A stretch of 64,000 nucleotides of DNA from Alphaproteobacteria bacterium. GTDB lineage: Bacteria > Pseudomonadota > Alphaproteobacteria > Rs-D84. Numbering within the stretch: the first letter of the stretch is position 1; each line of letters starts with the position of its first letter. The notes below the pieces were generated by a model. It ran no database searches, was not told the DNA's origin, and worked only from the letters and a program-made list of their open reading frames with translations. Shown here one piece after another: positions 9,506 through 19,490 of the stretch. A program made the position numbers and the translations under genes. Location of the stretch: assembly GCA_017511715.1 (NCBI GenBank), contig JAFWJF010000001.1:2892-66891 (forward strand). Direction: 5' to 3'.

Positions 9506-10741
9506 TTGATGCTGCAAAAACCAGAACCATTTGTTAAACCAGATATGATATTCAGTGTTTCTGATGCATCAATGCTGTTGAAAAAAGTTGTAGAAACGGC
9601 TTTCCCTGAAATACGGATTCGTGGTGAATTGTCGCAAATTACACATGCTACATCGGGGCATTTGTATATGACAATCAAGGATGCCGGGGCGGCAATAAAT
9701 GCGATTATTTGGCGCGGAACACCGGTTAATTTCAAGTTAGAAGAAGGCGCAGAAGTAATTATAACTGGGCGGTTTACCACCTATCCTGCGCGCAGCAATT
9801 ATCAAGTAATAATTACGTCAATTGAAATGGCTGGCGTTGGCGCGATTCTTAAAATGTTGGAAGAAAGAAAGCATAAATTGGCTGCGGAAGGTTTGTTTGA
9901 TGAATCACGCAAAAAACCTTTGCCACGTTTCCCGCAAACAATTGGCGTGGTAACCAGTCCGACAGGCGCAGCATTTCAAGATATCCAAAACAGATTGCGC
10001 GAAAGATTCCCAGTGCATGTGTTGCTTTATCCTGCAACAGTTCAAGGAGCAACAGCAGCAGAAGAAGTTGCCGCCGGTATTGAATATTTTAATCGCATGA
10101 ATAATGTTGATGTTATTATTGTTGCGCGCGGTGGCGGGGCGTTGGAAGATTTGCTGCCTTTTTCTGAAGAAATTGTTGTGCGTGCTGCTGCAAATAGCCG
10201 TATCCCGCTGATTTCTGGTGTTGGACACGAACCGGATTGGATGTTGATAGATTTTGCCGCCGATGTACGTGCCCCAACCCCAACTGGTGCGGCAGAAACT
10301 GTCGTGCCAACAAAAATATCACTGATTCAAGAATTGGATAATTTATCACACAGATTAAACACTGCTTTTATAACGCATTTGGGAAATCTTAAGCGTGGCT
10401 TGGCAAATATAACGCCCAAAAGCCCGAAGCAAGTTCTTATGGAACAATCTCAAAGACTTGACGATTTGTCGCATACAATGGATATTGTAATCGATAAAAA
10501 ACTGCAATATGTTCATCAGAAAATAGAATTAATGTCGCGCTTCCCTATGATTTTATCAAACAAATTGATAACACTAAATCAGTCTGTCCAACACATGGGT
10601 CAGATGTTAAATTCTTTGTCGTATAAAAATGTTTTGCAACGTGGATATGCGATTGTTCGTGATAAAGATAACAAAATTATAAGCACCTATTCTGCGGTTC
10701 CCGATTCCATTGAATTTGCAGACGGAATATTAAATTTATAA
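9506..10741 (+). CDS. xseA: exodeoxyribonuclease VII large subunit
   Basis: N-terminal OB-fold (IRGELSQITHATSGHLYMTIKD) and VIIVARGGGALEDLLPF motif. Confidence 0.85.
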   Translation: MMLQKPEPFVKPDMIFSVSDASMLLKKVVETAFPEIRIRGELSQITHATSGHLYMTIKDAGAAINAIIWRGTPVNFKLEEGAEVIITGRFTTYPARSNYQVIITSIEMAGVGAILKMLEERKHKLAAEGLFDESRKKPLPRFPQTIGVVTSPTGAAFQDIQNRLRERFPVHVLLYPATVQGATAAEEVAAGIEYFNRMNNVDVIIVARGGGALEDLLPFSEEIVVRAAANSRIPLISGVGHEPDWMLIDFAADVRAPTPTGAAETVVPTKISLIQELDNLSHRLNTAFITHLGNLKRGLANITPKSPKQVLMEQSQRLDDLSHTMDIVIDKKLQYVHQKIELMSRFPMILSNKLITLNQSVQHMGQMLNSLSYKNVLQRGYAIVRDKDNKIISTYSAVPDSIEFADGILNL

Positions 10742-10880
10742 TATGTGCCGGGTGTTGAATACAGCCTGCCAGAAAAATAATTGGAATTTAGTTTTTTTGT
10801 TGTATTCAACAAAATGCTTGGTAAAATGGTACTTCCGTATTATTTATATATGAGTGTAAAGACGCAAAAAAGGATAAAAT

Positions 10881-11351
10881 ATGCTAAAATGCCCAAAAAA
10901 ACCAACATATGCAAGCAAATTACCAAATGAAGATCATCCTGTTGTTTGGGCTGATTTACCGTTCGCTATTGAAAAAATATTGTATATGGAAAACGTTACT
11001 GCACGCCGTAGCGGTGCCACCAAGGACTATGACCATATATTGATAGAAAAAACAGATGTTGATAAAACATCCGGACAAAAAAATAAAAAATTACTTTTCG
11101 AATTTATTGAAGACATAAAATCTGAACGCGGATGTATTTACACTGGCAACAATCAATTAATTTATGCCGGGCATTTTCTTTGTGAAGAAGATGGGATTGC
11201 TGATATCTTTAATCAGGTTTTCTTTACAGTGACAGCAAATCATACTAATTCCCTTTTGCGAGAAGCGAAAGAGCAGAAAAAAATGTGTCCTGCGACAGAA
11301 CCAATATTTAATTATATTTTGCCGATATTGTACGAAGCTCGTACACGGTAA
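10881..11351 (+). CDS. hypothetical protein
   Basis: 156-aa ORF followed by a bidirectional terminator. Confidence 0.35.
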   Translation: MLKCPKKPTYASKLPNEDHPVVWADLPFAIEKILYMENVTARRSGATKDYDHILIEKTDVDKTSGQKNKKLLFEFIEDIKSERGCIYTGNNQLIYAGHFLCEEDGIADIFNQVFFTVTANHTNSLLREAKEQKKMCPATEPIFNYILPILYEARTR

Positions 11352-11370
11352 AATATTAAAGTAATATAAA

Positions 11371-11395
11371 AAACACCCGTCAGGGTGTTTTTAAT
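11371..11395. terminator. bidirectional rho-independent terminator
   Basis: aaaaaacacccgtcagggtgttttt hairpin between convergent genes. Confidence 0.6.
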
Positions 11396-13043
11396 GTTTA
11401 ATCAAATTCTTTGCACTTGCCAGTGATTCTGGTGTAATTTCTGCACCACTGATTATGCGGGCGATTTCATTAAGTCTTTCTTCGCCGGTTATTTCATTAA
11501 CAGAAGTTGTGGTGGTGTTTTGTTCGCTGTGTTTTGATATCTTAAAGTGTTTGTCGGCGAAACCGGCGACCTGGGCGGAATGGGTTATAACCAACAATTG
11601 TTCGTTTTTAGCAAGTTTATTTAACCTTTCACCAACAGCAGCGGCGGTTGCGCCACTTATCCCGGTGTCTAATTCATCAAAAACGATAGTCTTTTTATTT
11701 GTTGGGTTATTAAGAACGACACGCAGTGCCAACATAAAACGCGATAATTCGCCGCCTGATGCGATTTTGTTTAATGGGGCGAATGGTGTGCCTGGGTTTG
11801 TTTTTATCATAAAAGTAATGTCGTCAATGCCGTTTATGTTTGGGACAGTTGTTTTTATATCAACGTTGAAATCTGCCGAACCTAATTTCAGGTCTGGCAA
11901 TTCGGTCAATATTTGTTTGCGCAGGTTTATTGCGACGTTTTTGCGCAAATCAGACAATTCTTTGGCGCATTTATTAAAAACAGCAGAATATTGACTTAGC
12001 GCGGTTTTGCATTTTTTCAATTCCGCATCACTGTTGTCGATTGCGTTTAACTGTTTTTCCATTTCGGCTAACTTTTTAGGCAAATCATCGGCGGCACAGC
12101 GGTGTTTCCTTGCTGCAGCACGAATTGCAAACAGCCTTTCTTCAACAGAATCTATGTCTTCAACATTGGTGTTTTCAGGATGTATTTGTTCGCTGATTTC
12201 TGCAACTGTTGACGCGACATCGTATAATTTATCTATGGTTTCAGAATACGGGTTGGGGTCGGTTTTTATCCGTTCCAAAATGTGCGCAACCGAACAGATT
12301 TGTTCATCCAGTGAATTACCGTTGTTTTTCAGAATGTCCAATGCGTCATTCAAAATACCAGAACTTTTTTCTGCATCCATCATCTTGGCGCGCACGGTTG
12401 CTAATTCTTCTTCTTCGCCAATTTGTGGGTTAAGGTTTCGCAGTTCGGTTACATTGTGTTCCAAGAAATCGCGTTCGGTTTCCGATTTTTCCAGAATTTC
12501 TGTCAGTTGTTTCAGTTGTTTTTGCGCGCTGGCTAAATTTTTGTACGCTTTTTGCGTATCGGATAAAATGTTTGTGAATTTGTTGTCTTGCAATTTTGCG
12601 TATTCATCCAAAGATGTTAAATGTGTGGAAGGGTCTAAAAGAGAATGATTATCAAATTGCCCATGAATTTCGACAATTTCATCGCCGATTTGTTTCAAGA
12701 TTTTTACAGACACTGGTGTATCGTTAATCCATGCCCTGCTTTTTCCATCCAGAGATAATGTTCTGCGTAAAATTAAGCCATCGTCATAATCTATGCCGTT
12801 TTCATTTAATACTTCTTTGACTTTGTCGTTGACGGAATCAAATTCTGCCGTTACAGACGCATTGTCGCAACCTGCCCTTATTAAACCGATATCAGAACGC
12901 GCGCCCAGTGCCAAAGATAATGCATCCAATAAAATGCTTTTTCCCGCACCTGTTTCGCCGGTCATGATATTAAGCCCGTCGCCGAATTCCAAATTCAGTT
13001 TTTCAATCAAAACGATATTAGAAATATATAAACTTGTTAACAT
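11391..13043 (-). CDS. recN: DNA repair protein RecN
   Basis: N-terminal MLTSLYISNIVLIEKLNLEF..GETGAGKSIL Walker A. C-terminal ABC signature ASGGELSR and Walker B IVFDELDTG. Confidence 0.9.
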   Translation of the reverse strand: MLTSLYISNIVLIEKLNLEFGDGLNIMTGETGAGKSILLDALSLALGARSDIGLIRAGCDNASVTAEFDSVNDKVKEVLNENGIDYDDGLILRRTLSLDGKSRAWINDTPVSVKILKQIGDEIVEIHGQFDNHSLLDPSTHLTSLDEYAKLQDNKFTNILSDTQKAYKNLASAQKQLKQLTEILEKSETERDFLEHNVTELRNLNPQIGEEEELATVRAKMMDAEKSSGILNDALDILKNNGNSLDEQICSVAHILERIKTDPNPYSETIDKLYDVASTVAEISEQIHPENTNVEDIDSVEERLFAIRAAARKHRCAADDLPKKLAEMEKQLNAIDNSDAELKKCKTALSQYSAVFNKCAKELSDLRKNVAINLRKQILTELPDLKLGSADFNVDIKTTVPNINGIDDITFMIKTNPGTPFAPLNKIASGGELSRFMLALRVVLNNPTNKKTIVFDELDTGISGATAAAVGERLNKLAKNEQLLVITHSAQVAGFADKHFKISKHSEQNTTTTSVNEITGEERLNEIARIISGAEITPESLASAKNLIKH

Positions 13044-13079
13044 GCTTGAATTATAGTCAAAAAAATACCGAAAGTTCAA

Positions 13080-13526
13080 TTAAATAATTTTATCCAGACT
13101 CCAATCTTGCAACCATAAAATATAGCCTTTGATTTTATAGTTTGGATACGCAGAACACAACAATTCTGCATATTCTTGTAATTGTTTTGTATATTTTTCG
13201 ATAAAAGTATTTTTATTCGTATCTGTTTTATAGTCAATAAAATCTATCGTTTTTGCATCATGATTAATTAACATTCTGTCGATTCTGCGGCTTATGAAGT
13301 GCCCATGGATGATGCCGGCGATAGGTGCTTCTGTTTGCGCGGTTTTACTGAAAAACGGCAACAAATTTGGATGCTGTTTAATAGCATTAACAATATCTTT
13401 TTCGCCGATGACATAATCCGTGTCTATAATAACACGTTGTAAAATCGTGTGCGTGGCAGTACCTGTTTTGGTGGCAAAATTTTTATTTTTTGCACCAGTC
13501 AAAAATTGTGTCAAGTTTTGTGTCAT
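13080..13526 (-). CDS. addA: AddA C-terminal PD-(D/E)XK nuclease domain, a separate ORF overlapping the helicase ORF in another frame
   Basis: Motifs GIIHGHFISRRIDRM...IDFIDYKTD...EYAELL (RecB-family nuclease). Confidence 0.7.
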   Translation of the reverse strand: MTQNLTQFLTGAKNKNFATKTGTATHTILQRVIIDTDYVIGEKDIVNAIKQHPNLLPFFSKTAQTEAPIAGIIHGHFISRRIDRMLINHDAKTIDFIDYKTDTNKNTFIEKYTKQLQEYAELLCSAYPNYKIKGYILWLQDWSLDKII

Positions 13527-16113
13527 TTGTAATCTTTATAGTATCTTCGTTAATAAATAATTCTGGGGCACGTCCAAAAACATTCCACAATTGTTTGTGC
13601 CAAACCATTTCAGGCGCACGATCCGTGTCGCATCCGTATATATATAATTCATCGCGTGTGCGTGTCATGGCAACATACAACAATCGGTAATATTCCGCTA
13701 TTTGATCGGCTTTGTTTCTGTCAATAATGGGCTGCAGGTTTTCACTGGTTGCCGTTTTCCAAAGCCAAACATCAAAAGAATTATTATTATGCAAATAATT
13801 TACGTTTAATATGATATCTGGTTTTGGAAAAGTTAATGTATCGATTAAAAACACGACTGGTGATGCCAGACCTTTGCTGCCGTGGACTGTCATTATGCGC
13901 ACGCCTTGGGATGCGTCCATGTCGCGTTTAATTTCGCTGTCGCCGGTGATGAACCACTTAAGGAAATGGTGTAATGTGCCCGGTTGGGTGCGCTCATACG
14001 CCAAACACATTGTTAAAAATTCTTCAATTGGGTCAATGACCTGGTTGCCAAGCGCGGCTATGAATTTTTTGCGTGTATCATTTTTATCTAAAACATAACT
14101 AAAAAATGAATATGGTGCTAATTTTGCAGATTTTTCGATAGTGTCAATCAAGTCTGTATAAATATCAAGATTTTGTTCGCTTAAATTATCAAAAACGGTC
14201 GTTTTCTTGTTTCTACACAGATTAAAAATATCTTGTTCTTTCAATCTGTAAATTGGGCTTTTTAATACACAACATAAACTATAATCGTCGGTTTGGTCTG
14301 TGCAAAATCTAATCAGATACAACAAGTCTTTTATTGCAGGAAAATCAGGTAATTTGATTCTGTCGTTGCCGGCAATTGCGATATTGCGTTTTTTTAACGC
14401 AGTGGACAACAAGTTAACAAACGCGCCACGTTTTTGTACAAGTATCATAATATCTTTTGGGTTGCGCCCGGCGCGAACAAATTGTTCTATTTTATCTGCC
14501 AACATGTTCGTGTAGAGTTTGTTCTTTTCTGTGCCGGTCTTTTCGCACTTGAAAACGTCATGAATTTCAACAAAACCCGGTGCTTTCGCCCGAAAGCATT
14601 TGTGCTGATTATTGTGAAAACCTGTTGTTTTAATGATTTCCGGACAATCAAAAAACGCATCGACTGTATCTAGTATTGGTTTTACAGAACGAAAACTTTG
14701 GTCCAGAGATACTTCCTTTATAGTTCGATAATTTTGTTGAATCTGTTCTGCAATTGCGTCGCGACTTAGCGCAAAAGCGCGCGGGTCTGCGTTTTGGAAG
14801 CCGTATATAGACTGCTTTGTGTCGCCGACAACGAATAAAGAACGATTGTTGGCAGTGTTGCCGTCCGTAAAGAAATCGCCGGCTAATGCACGCAAAATGT
14901 TCCATTGTTGTGGACTGGTGTCTTGGGCTTCGTCAACCAGTATGTGCGACAAGGATATGTCCAGTTGGGACAAAACCCAGCCCATGACATCTGGTTTTTC
15001 GAATAATTGTTGCGTGTATAAAATCAAGTCCTCGAAATCTAGCAGGTTGCGCTCTCTTTTTATTTGGCGGTAAGTGTCGGCAAAACCCATAGACAGGTCA
15101 AAAAGTGCGATTGTGTCTTTAAGAATCTTTGTGTTTATAAGGTTTTGTTGAACGGTGTATACTCGCGTGGCTTCGGTTGCCAGCAAATCGTACTTTAATG
15201 TATTTTTTATTATTGTGTTATCACTGGTTAGATATGCGGACTTGTATTTATCGAAATCTATAGTGTTATCAATATATTGTTTGGTCAGGTGTATTGTGTT
15301 TTGTATGTATTGTGCCGGCTTTTTTGATTCTTTTTCGGTTTTGTATGCAAAATCTAAGATTTTTTGCAGATAATCTGGCTTGAATTCTGGGTTTATACCA
15401 TTGTTGATTTTTAGTATTTTTTGTGTTGTTTCAATAAAATATTCACGATATTTATAAATGTCTTTAACTTGAAAAAACGAGCGATATCTGGATAATAACA
15501 AACCACGCAATTCTTCCAAAAAGTATTCAGATTTGATTTCTGTTATTCGATTAAATGCCATCAATATATTTTGCATATTTGTTGTTTTGGTAAAAGATTT
15601 TGTTATCAAGGAATCAAATGCTTCTTGAAGTAAAACCGATTGGGCAGCACCAGACACCAAGGACCAAGATGGTGATATACCTGCCTCCAATGGAAAGCGG
15701 TGCAGAATCTCTTCGCAAAAACTGTGGATGGTTTTTATTTTAAGCATGTCGGGGTTGTCTATATACATATAAAAAACACGGCGAGCATATGCCAAATCTT
15801 TTTTTGTTGCAGGTTGATTTTCAGATATTCCATCCAAGAGCTCTGCTAATTCTGTATCGCTTGCGCGCGCCCAATTGCGCAGTTGGGCTAAGATTCTGTT
15901 GCGCATTTCGCCAGCGGCGGCGTTGGTATATGTCAAACAAAGAATGCCGGGGGCTATATCGTTATTAAATTCGCCATTCCTGAACAAAATTCGCAAAAGC
16001 CTTTGTACAAGGACAGTTGTTTTTCCTGTTCCTGCGTTGGCTTGAACCCAAATATTTTCAGATGGGTTTGATGCGATGTTTTGTGCATCTGAAAAATTTT
16101 CGTTTTGTGACAT
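13483..16113 (-). CDS. addA: double-strand break repair helicase AddA (UvrD-like helicase part)
   Basis: N-terminus QANAGTGKTTVLVQRLLRIL..ILCLTYTNAAAGEM (Walker A, motif Ia), UvrD-family motifs throughout. The 3' end overlaps the nuclease ORF in A/T homopolymer tracts. Confidence 0.85.
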   Translation of the reverse strand: MSQNENFSDAQNIASNPSENIWVQANAGTGKTTVLVQRLLRILFRNGEFNNDIAPGILCLTYTNAAAGEMRNRILAQLRNWARASDTELAELLDGISENQPATKKDLAYARRVFYMYIDNPDMLKIKTIHSFCEEILHRFPLEAGISPSWSLVSGAAQSVLLQEAFDSLITKSFTKTTNMQNILMAFNRITEIKSEYFLEELRGLLLSRYRSFFQVKDIYKYREYFIETTQKILKINNGINPEFKPDYLQKILDFAYKTEKESKKPAQYIQNTIHLTKQYIDNTIDFDKYKSAYLTSDNTIIKNTLKYDLLATEATRVYTVQQNLINTKILKDTIALFDLSMGFADTYRQIKRERNLLDFEDLILYTQQLFEKPDVMGWVLSQLDISLSHILVDEAQDTSPQQWNILRALAGDFFTDGNTANNRSLFVVGDTKQSIYGFQNADPRAFALSRDAIAEQIQQNYRTIKEVSLDQSFRSVKPILDTVDAFFDCPEIIKTTGFHNNQHKCFRAKAPGFVEIHDVFKCEKTGTEKNKLYTNMLADKIEQFVRAGRNPKDIMILVQKRGAFVNLLSTALKKRNIAIAGNDRIKLPDFPAIKDLLYLIRFCTDQTDDYSLCCVLKSPIYRLKEQDIFNLCRNKKTTVFDNLSEQNLDIYTDLIDTIEKSAKLAPYSFFSYVLDKNDTRKKFIAALGNQVIDPIEEFLTMCLAYERTQPGTLHHFLKWFITGDSEIKRDMDASQGVRIMTVHGSKGLASPVVFLIDTLTFPKPDIILNVNYLHNNNSFDVWLWKTATSENLQPIIDRNKADQIAEYYRLLYVAMTRTRDELYIYGCDTDRAPEMVWHKQLWNVFGRAPELFINEDTIKITNDTKLDTIFDWCKK

Positions 16114-16168
16114 TTATGCTCTTGCTTTATTGAAAATATTTTAGTATAAATTTCCTTAAGTTTCAAGG

Positions 16169-18112
16169 ATGTTATTTGTTAGGAGAAAGAGCATGAATCA
16201 AACTTTGTTAATTGTATTATTGTCCGTGGTTTCTTTGGTATTTGTTAATATGATTGCGATATTTTTTATTTCGCGCAAATCTCAACGCGTTATGGGGTCT
16301 TTGTTAGAAATTATGACAAATCCTGAACAGGCAAAAATACAAGATGCCGCCCGCGTTTTACAGACGATATTAAAGGACGAAATTACCAAAATTGATAATA
16401 ATTTTCAGATGATGGCAGGCGCAATGATGAACCAAATTGCGCACACAGAAGAAATAAAAAAGGCGCTTTCAGAACAAAATGATAAATTGGTCGCGACAGC
16501 GGATGAAGCAACAAAAAAAATTGCGGTTATGTCACAAAGACTGGAAAACACGATTGAAGGATTGAATGGTATCGTTTCGTCAAAAGGCTGGTTAGATGTG
16601 CAACAAAGCACGGATAATTTTTCTGCTGTAACGGAAGGCTTGTTAAACAAAATAACAGAAGCGACCACTGCAACCACAGAAAATGCATCTAAGATTCAAG
16701 AACAAATAAATCAGAGCATTGAAACAGAACAGCAAATAAGCGAACAGTTGCAAACGCATTTTGCAAATAATACTAATAATATGCAAGAATTGTCTGCTGC
16801 GGGCGTCGCGTTGCAACAACAACTGACTGATTTAAGTACTAGCGTGACCTCCGGCTTTGATAATGTCACGACTTCATCAAAGAATTATGAAGAAACAATG
16901 CGTCAAAACGATAAATTATTAAGCGAATATTTAACCAAAATGTCAGAATTTACAAAACGTGCAGGCAAAGAATTGACGCGCCAAGTTAACACAATGACCG
17001 AAACAGCAAATGTTGTTGGTGCAAATGTTCGTATGGCGGAAACATCAATAGATAAACAGTTGCGCAAATTAGAATCTGCAATAGAATCGCTTAATGCGTC
17101 GACAACGAACACAACGGCATCTGTACGTGGAATAACAAACGAATTGGCAGGGCTTACGAATCGTTTTGACAGTGAAATTCATGACTTTTCAACTGGGGTT
17201 GTTCGTGAAATCAAAGATGTGTCTGGTGTTGCAAACGCAACATTAGAAAACACTAAATCTGCAGCAACTGAATTTGCAGATTCTGTAAAAAGTATGGGTA
17301 TAGGCGTTCGTGAAACATTGATAGAAATGAACAAGGCACACACACAATTAGCCGGTCAGTCTGAAAACCTTATCAAAATGTCCACCGAAACCACGGAACA
17401 ATTAAAACCTTTGTCTGAATTGATAGAAAAGTATTATGTCGCCCTGCCCGATTTGGCGGCTGGTTCGCGCGACATGAGCGAAAACTTAAATACGATAGTT
17501 AACACGTTGGTTGAAAAAATCAACACTATGAAAACTACAATATCAGAATCTTTGGAAAACATAAACAATTCGTCTGTGCAGTTGGGTAATGTCGCGGGTG
17601 AATCACGTCAGCAAATGATAGATTTGATGGCTGATTATGCCAAGGCTGTTGATGCGATGCAAAGCCTTAATAAACAAATGATGGTTGCGCGGGCTTCTGC
17701 ACCGATGGATGCAATAAAGGTTGCGCCAAGTGCAAATTTTGCGCCGTTAAGCACGAAAGATTTTCTTAATAATGTAGATAAGTTATTTGATAAATTATAT
17801 GAACAGGCGGTCGATTTGACACGCGCATCTAATGCTGAAATACCTGATGTGGTGTGGGACAAATACAACGATGGCGACAAAAAGATATTTGCAAAGTGGT
17901 TGGTAAAAATGTTTAATGCCACGAACAAGAAACAAATTCATGATTTGTTGAAATCTGACAAGATATTTAATTCACAGGCAACGCAATTTGTCCGTAATTT
18001 CGAGAAAGTATTAAACGGTGCGAACCAAACTAATGAAGCAGATAAATTAAAGGCGACATTGCTTAAAACAGATTTGGGCGTAATATATACCGCGATACAT
18101 AAAAACATATAA
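16169..18112 (+). CDS. membrane-anchored coiled-coil protein (Q/T/N/E-rich), unknown function
   Basis: N-terminal TM segment LLIVLLSVVSLVFVNMIAIFFI followed by roughly 550 aa of predicted coiled coil. Confidence 0.5.
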   Translation: MLFVRRKSMNQTLLIVLLSVVSLVFVNMIAIFFISRKSQRVMGSLLEIMTNPEQAKIQDAARVLQTILKDEITKIDNNFQMMAGAMMNQIAHTEEIKKALSEQNDKLVATADEATKKIAVMSQRLENTIEGLNGIVSSKGWLDVQQSTDNFSAVTEGLLNKITEATTATTENASKIQEQINQSIETEQQISEQLQTHFANNTNNMQELSAAGVALQQQLTDLSTSVTSGFDNVTTSSKNYEETMRQNDKLLSEYLTKMSEFTKRAGKELTRQVNTMTETANVVGANVRMAETSIDKQLRKLESAIESLNASTTNTTASVRGITNELAGLTNRFDSEIHDFSTGVVREIKDVSGVANATLENTKSAATEFADSVKSMGIGVRETLIEMNKAHTQLAGQSENLIKMSTETTEQLKPLSELIEKYYVALPDLAAGSRDMSENLNTIVNTLVEKINTMKTTISESLENINNSSVQLGNVAGESRQQMIDLMADYAKAVDAMQSLNKQMMVARASAPMDAIKVAPSANFAPLSTKDFLNNVDKLFDKLYEQAVDLTRASNAEIPDVVWDKYNDGDKKIFAKWLVKMFNATNKKQIHDLLKSDKIFNSQATQFVRNFEKVLNGANQTNEADKLKATLLKTDLGVIYTAIHKNI

Positions 18113-18118
18113 ACATAA

Positions 18119-18149
18119 CGGCATAGAAAATATGCCGTTTGTTTTTTCT
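18119..18149 (+). terminator. rho-independent terminator
   Basis: cggcatagaaaatatgccg hairpin followed by a T-run. Confidence 0.6.
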
Positions 18150-18594
18150 CTTTTATTTGGTGTTTTTTTCTGTTAAAATAACTCTGTCGGCAAGAGTTTT
18201 GCCGATGGGGTGTCAGAACCCGTTTCGATGCGCGTCCATGATGACGTTAAAACTCCAACCAAATTGGGTTGGAGGGCTGCAAAATATATTGAATATGCAC
18301 ACAATTTCGCATTGAATTGTTCTGAACCTCCAACCGCCTGAAATTTCATGCGGTTTTTTTGGTGTTTGTCCCTTTCGTTGGGGTGTTGTGTGGCGATACA
18401 TACGCAAACATTTGCCACCGTCCCCCGAATAAAAGGGATAAAAAAGTTCTCCTCCGTTGGAGGAGTCCCCGCAGGGAGAGGTGGTCTTGAAAGGATGCCA
18501 GATATTTCAAATTCTTGAAAAAGACCACCCCGCCGTTCCGGCACCCCTCCGCAGGAGGGGAACTGGAAGCAGAGCGAATACAAAAAAAGGACAG

Positions 18595-18742
18595 AGAGAA
18601 TACAAGCAAGGTTTTGGAAACGAAGTGCACCGAAACCGTTGCGGTATACACGCAGACACAAAGTGTCGAGTGAATACGAGAACAAATAATTAGAAAAATC
18701 TTAAAAAATCGAAGTTTACAAGATTTTTTTGATTTTAATTAT
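18595..18742 (+). repeat. tRNA-associated repeat element, copy without tRNA duplication (long variant); likely carries a promoter
   Basis: ggttttggaaacgaagtgcaccgaaaccgtt...cacgcagacacaaagtgtcgagtg matches 32186-32243 and the reverse complement of 2664-2720. The 3' 75 bp matches 38622-38697. A TTTACA-N17-ATTATT promoter-like sequence and a GGAGG RBS lie directly upstream of 18763. Confidence 0.55.
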
Positions 18743-18762
18743 TGTTTATCGAGGAGGAAAAA

Positions 18763-19488
18763 ATGAAAAAGTTTTTGGTATTTATGTCGTTGGTGTTTGT
18801 GTGTGGTATTGCTTCCGCTGAAACAATAAATGTGAATTGGGTTGTTGATGGTGATACTTATGCGCAGACATCTTGCGAAACGGGTGGAAATTTTACTCTG
18901 CCAACAACGCCAACAAAATACGGGTATCATTTTGTTGGTTGGCAACAAGATGGTTCAATTGGTTATTGGGAACAATCGGGAACACCGACACCGGACAATC
19001 CAATCGAACCGATTTTCAGACAGTTTGGAAATACTGTTCTGCGTGCTGTGGGCAGTGGAAACAATTTAATTGCAGATAGTTATGATGTATCAACAGGAAA
19101 AATAACAAGAAGAATCGGGGTCAAGGTACTGGATGGAACGGAGACTTGGGCGACCGACCCGGTTGGAACAGGTGGACATATTAGATTTAATTATAGTTGG
19201 CCTGCTCCCTACAAAAAACCAGGGTTTGATATTTTGACAAATATGTTTCCTACTCAACCGGGCGTTGTTGGCCCAAACGCTACCAGTGCAGTGATAAGTG
19301 GGCACGACACTAACAGGAATATATACATTGCTTTCCCGGCAAACCTTTTAGATGGTGATTTAACCACTACTATAGGGCGCAGAACTGCCTTTAACAACTG
19401 GCTTTCTGCACAATACAACGCAGGTACACCTGTAATCATTTATTACCCATTGGCAACACCTGTTGAAGAAGCCTATAACGCACAATAA
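18763..19488 (+). CDS. secreted protein with a Listeria-Bacteroides-type repeat (Flg_new-like)
   Basis: Signal peptide MKKFLVFMSLVFVCGIASA. Motif NFTLPTTPTKYGYHFVGWQ. Related to parts of the giant protein at 41012. Confidence 0.6.
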   Translation: MKKFLVFMSLVFVCGIASAETINVNWVVDGDTYAQTSCETGGNFTLPTTPTKYGYHFVGWQQDGSIGYWEQSGTPTPDNPIEPIFRQFGNTVLRAVGSGNNLIADSYDVSTGKITRRIGVKVLDGTETWATDPVGTGGHIRFNYSWPAPYKKPGFDILTNMFPTQPGVVGPNATSAVISGHDTNRNIYIAFPANLLDGDLTTTIGRRTAFNNWLSAQYNAGTPVIIYYPLATPVEEAYNAQ

Positions 19489-19490
19489 AC

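Noticed and set aside
11455-12648. Plus-strand ORFs of 179, 213 and 74 aa antisense to recN
   Set aside because: RecN on the minus strand has full-length conserved motifs. The antisense ORFs are S/A/F-rich with no homology signal.
18173-18685. 170-aa and overlapping minus-strand ORFs in the hairpin-dense intergenic region
   Set aside because: The region is built from palindromes and a repeat-element copy, and the ORFs have no RBS or start context. It is better explained as non-coding.
18170-18700. Possible tmRNA or RNase P RNA gene
   Set aside because: I could not find the conserved GGAAAGUCCGGGCUCC, ACAGAAxCCGGCUUA or tmRNA tag and T-arm motifs on either strand. It is left as unclassified structured DNA. 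The cctccatctccgcca at 32244 is a tRNA-Ser 3'-end duplicate and not a tmRNA acceptor end.
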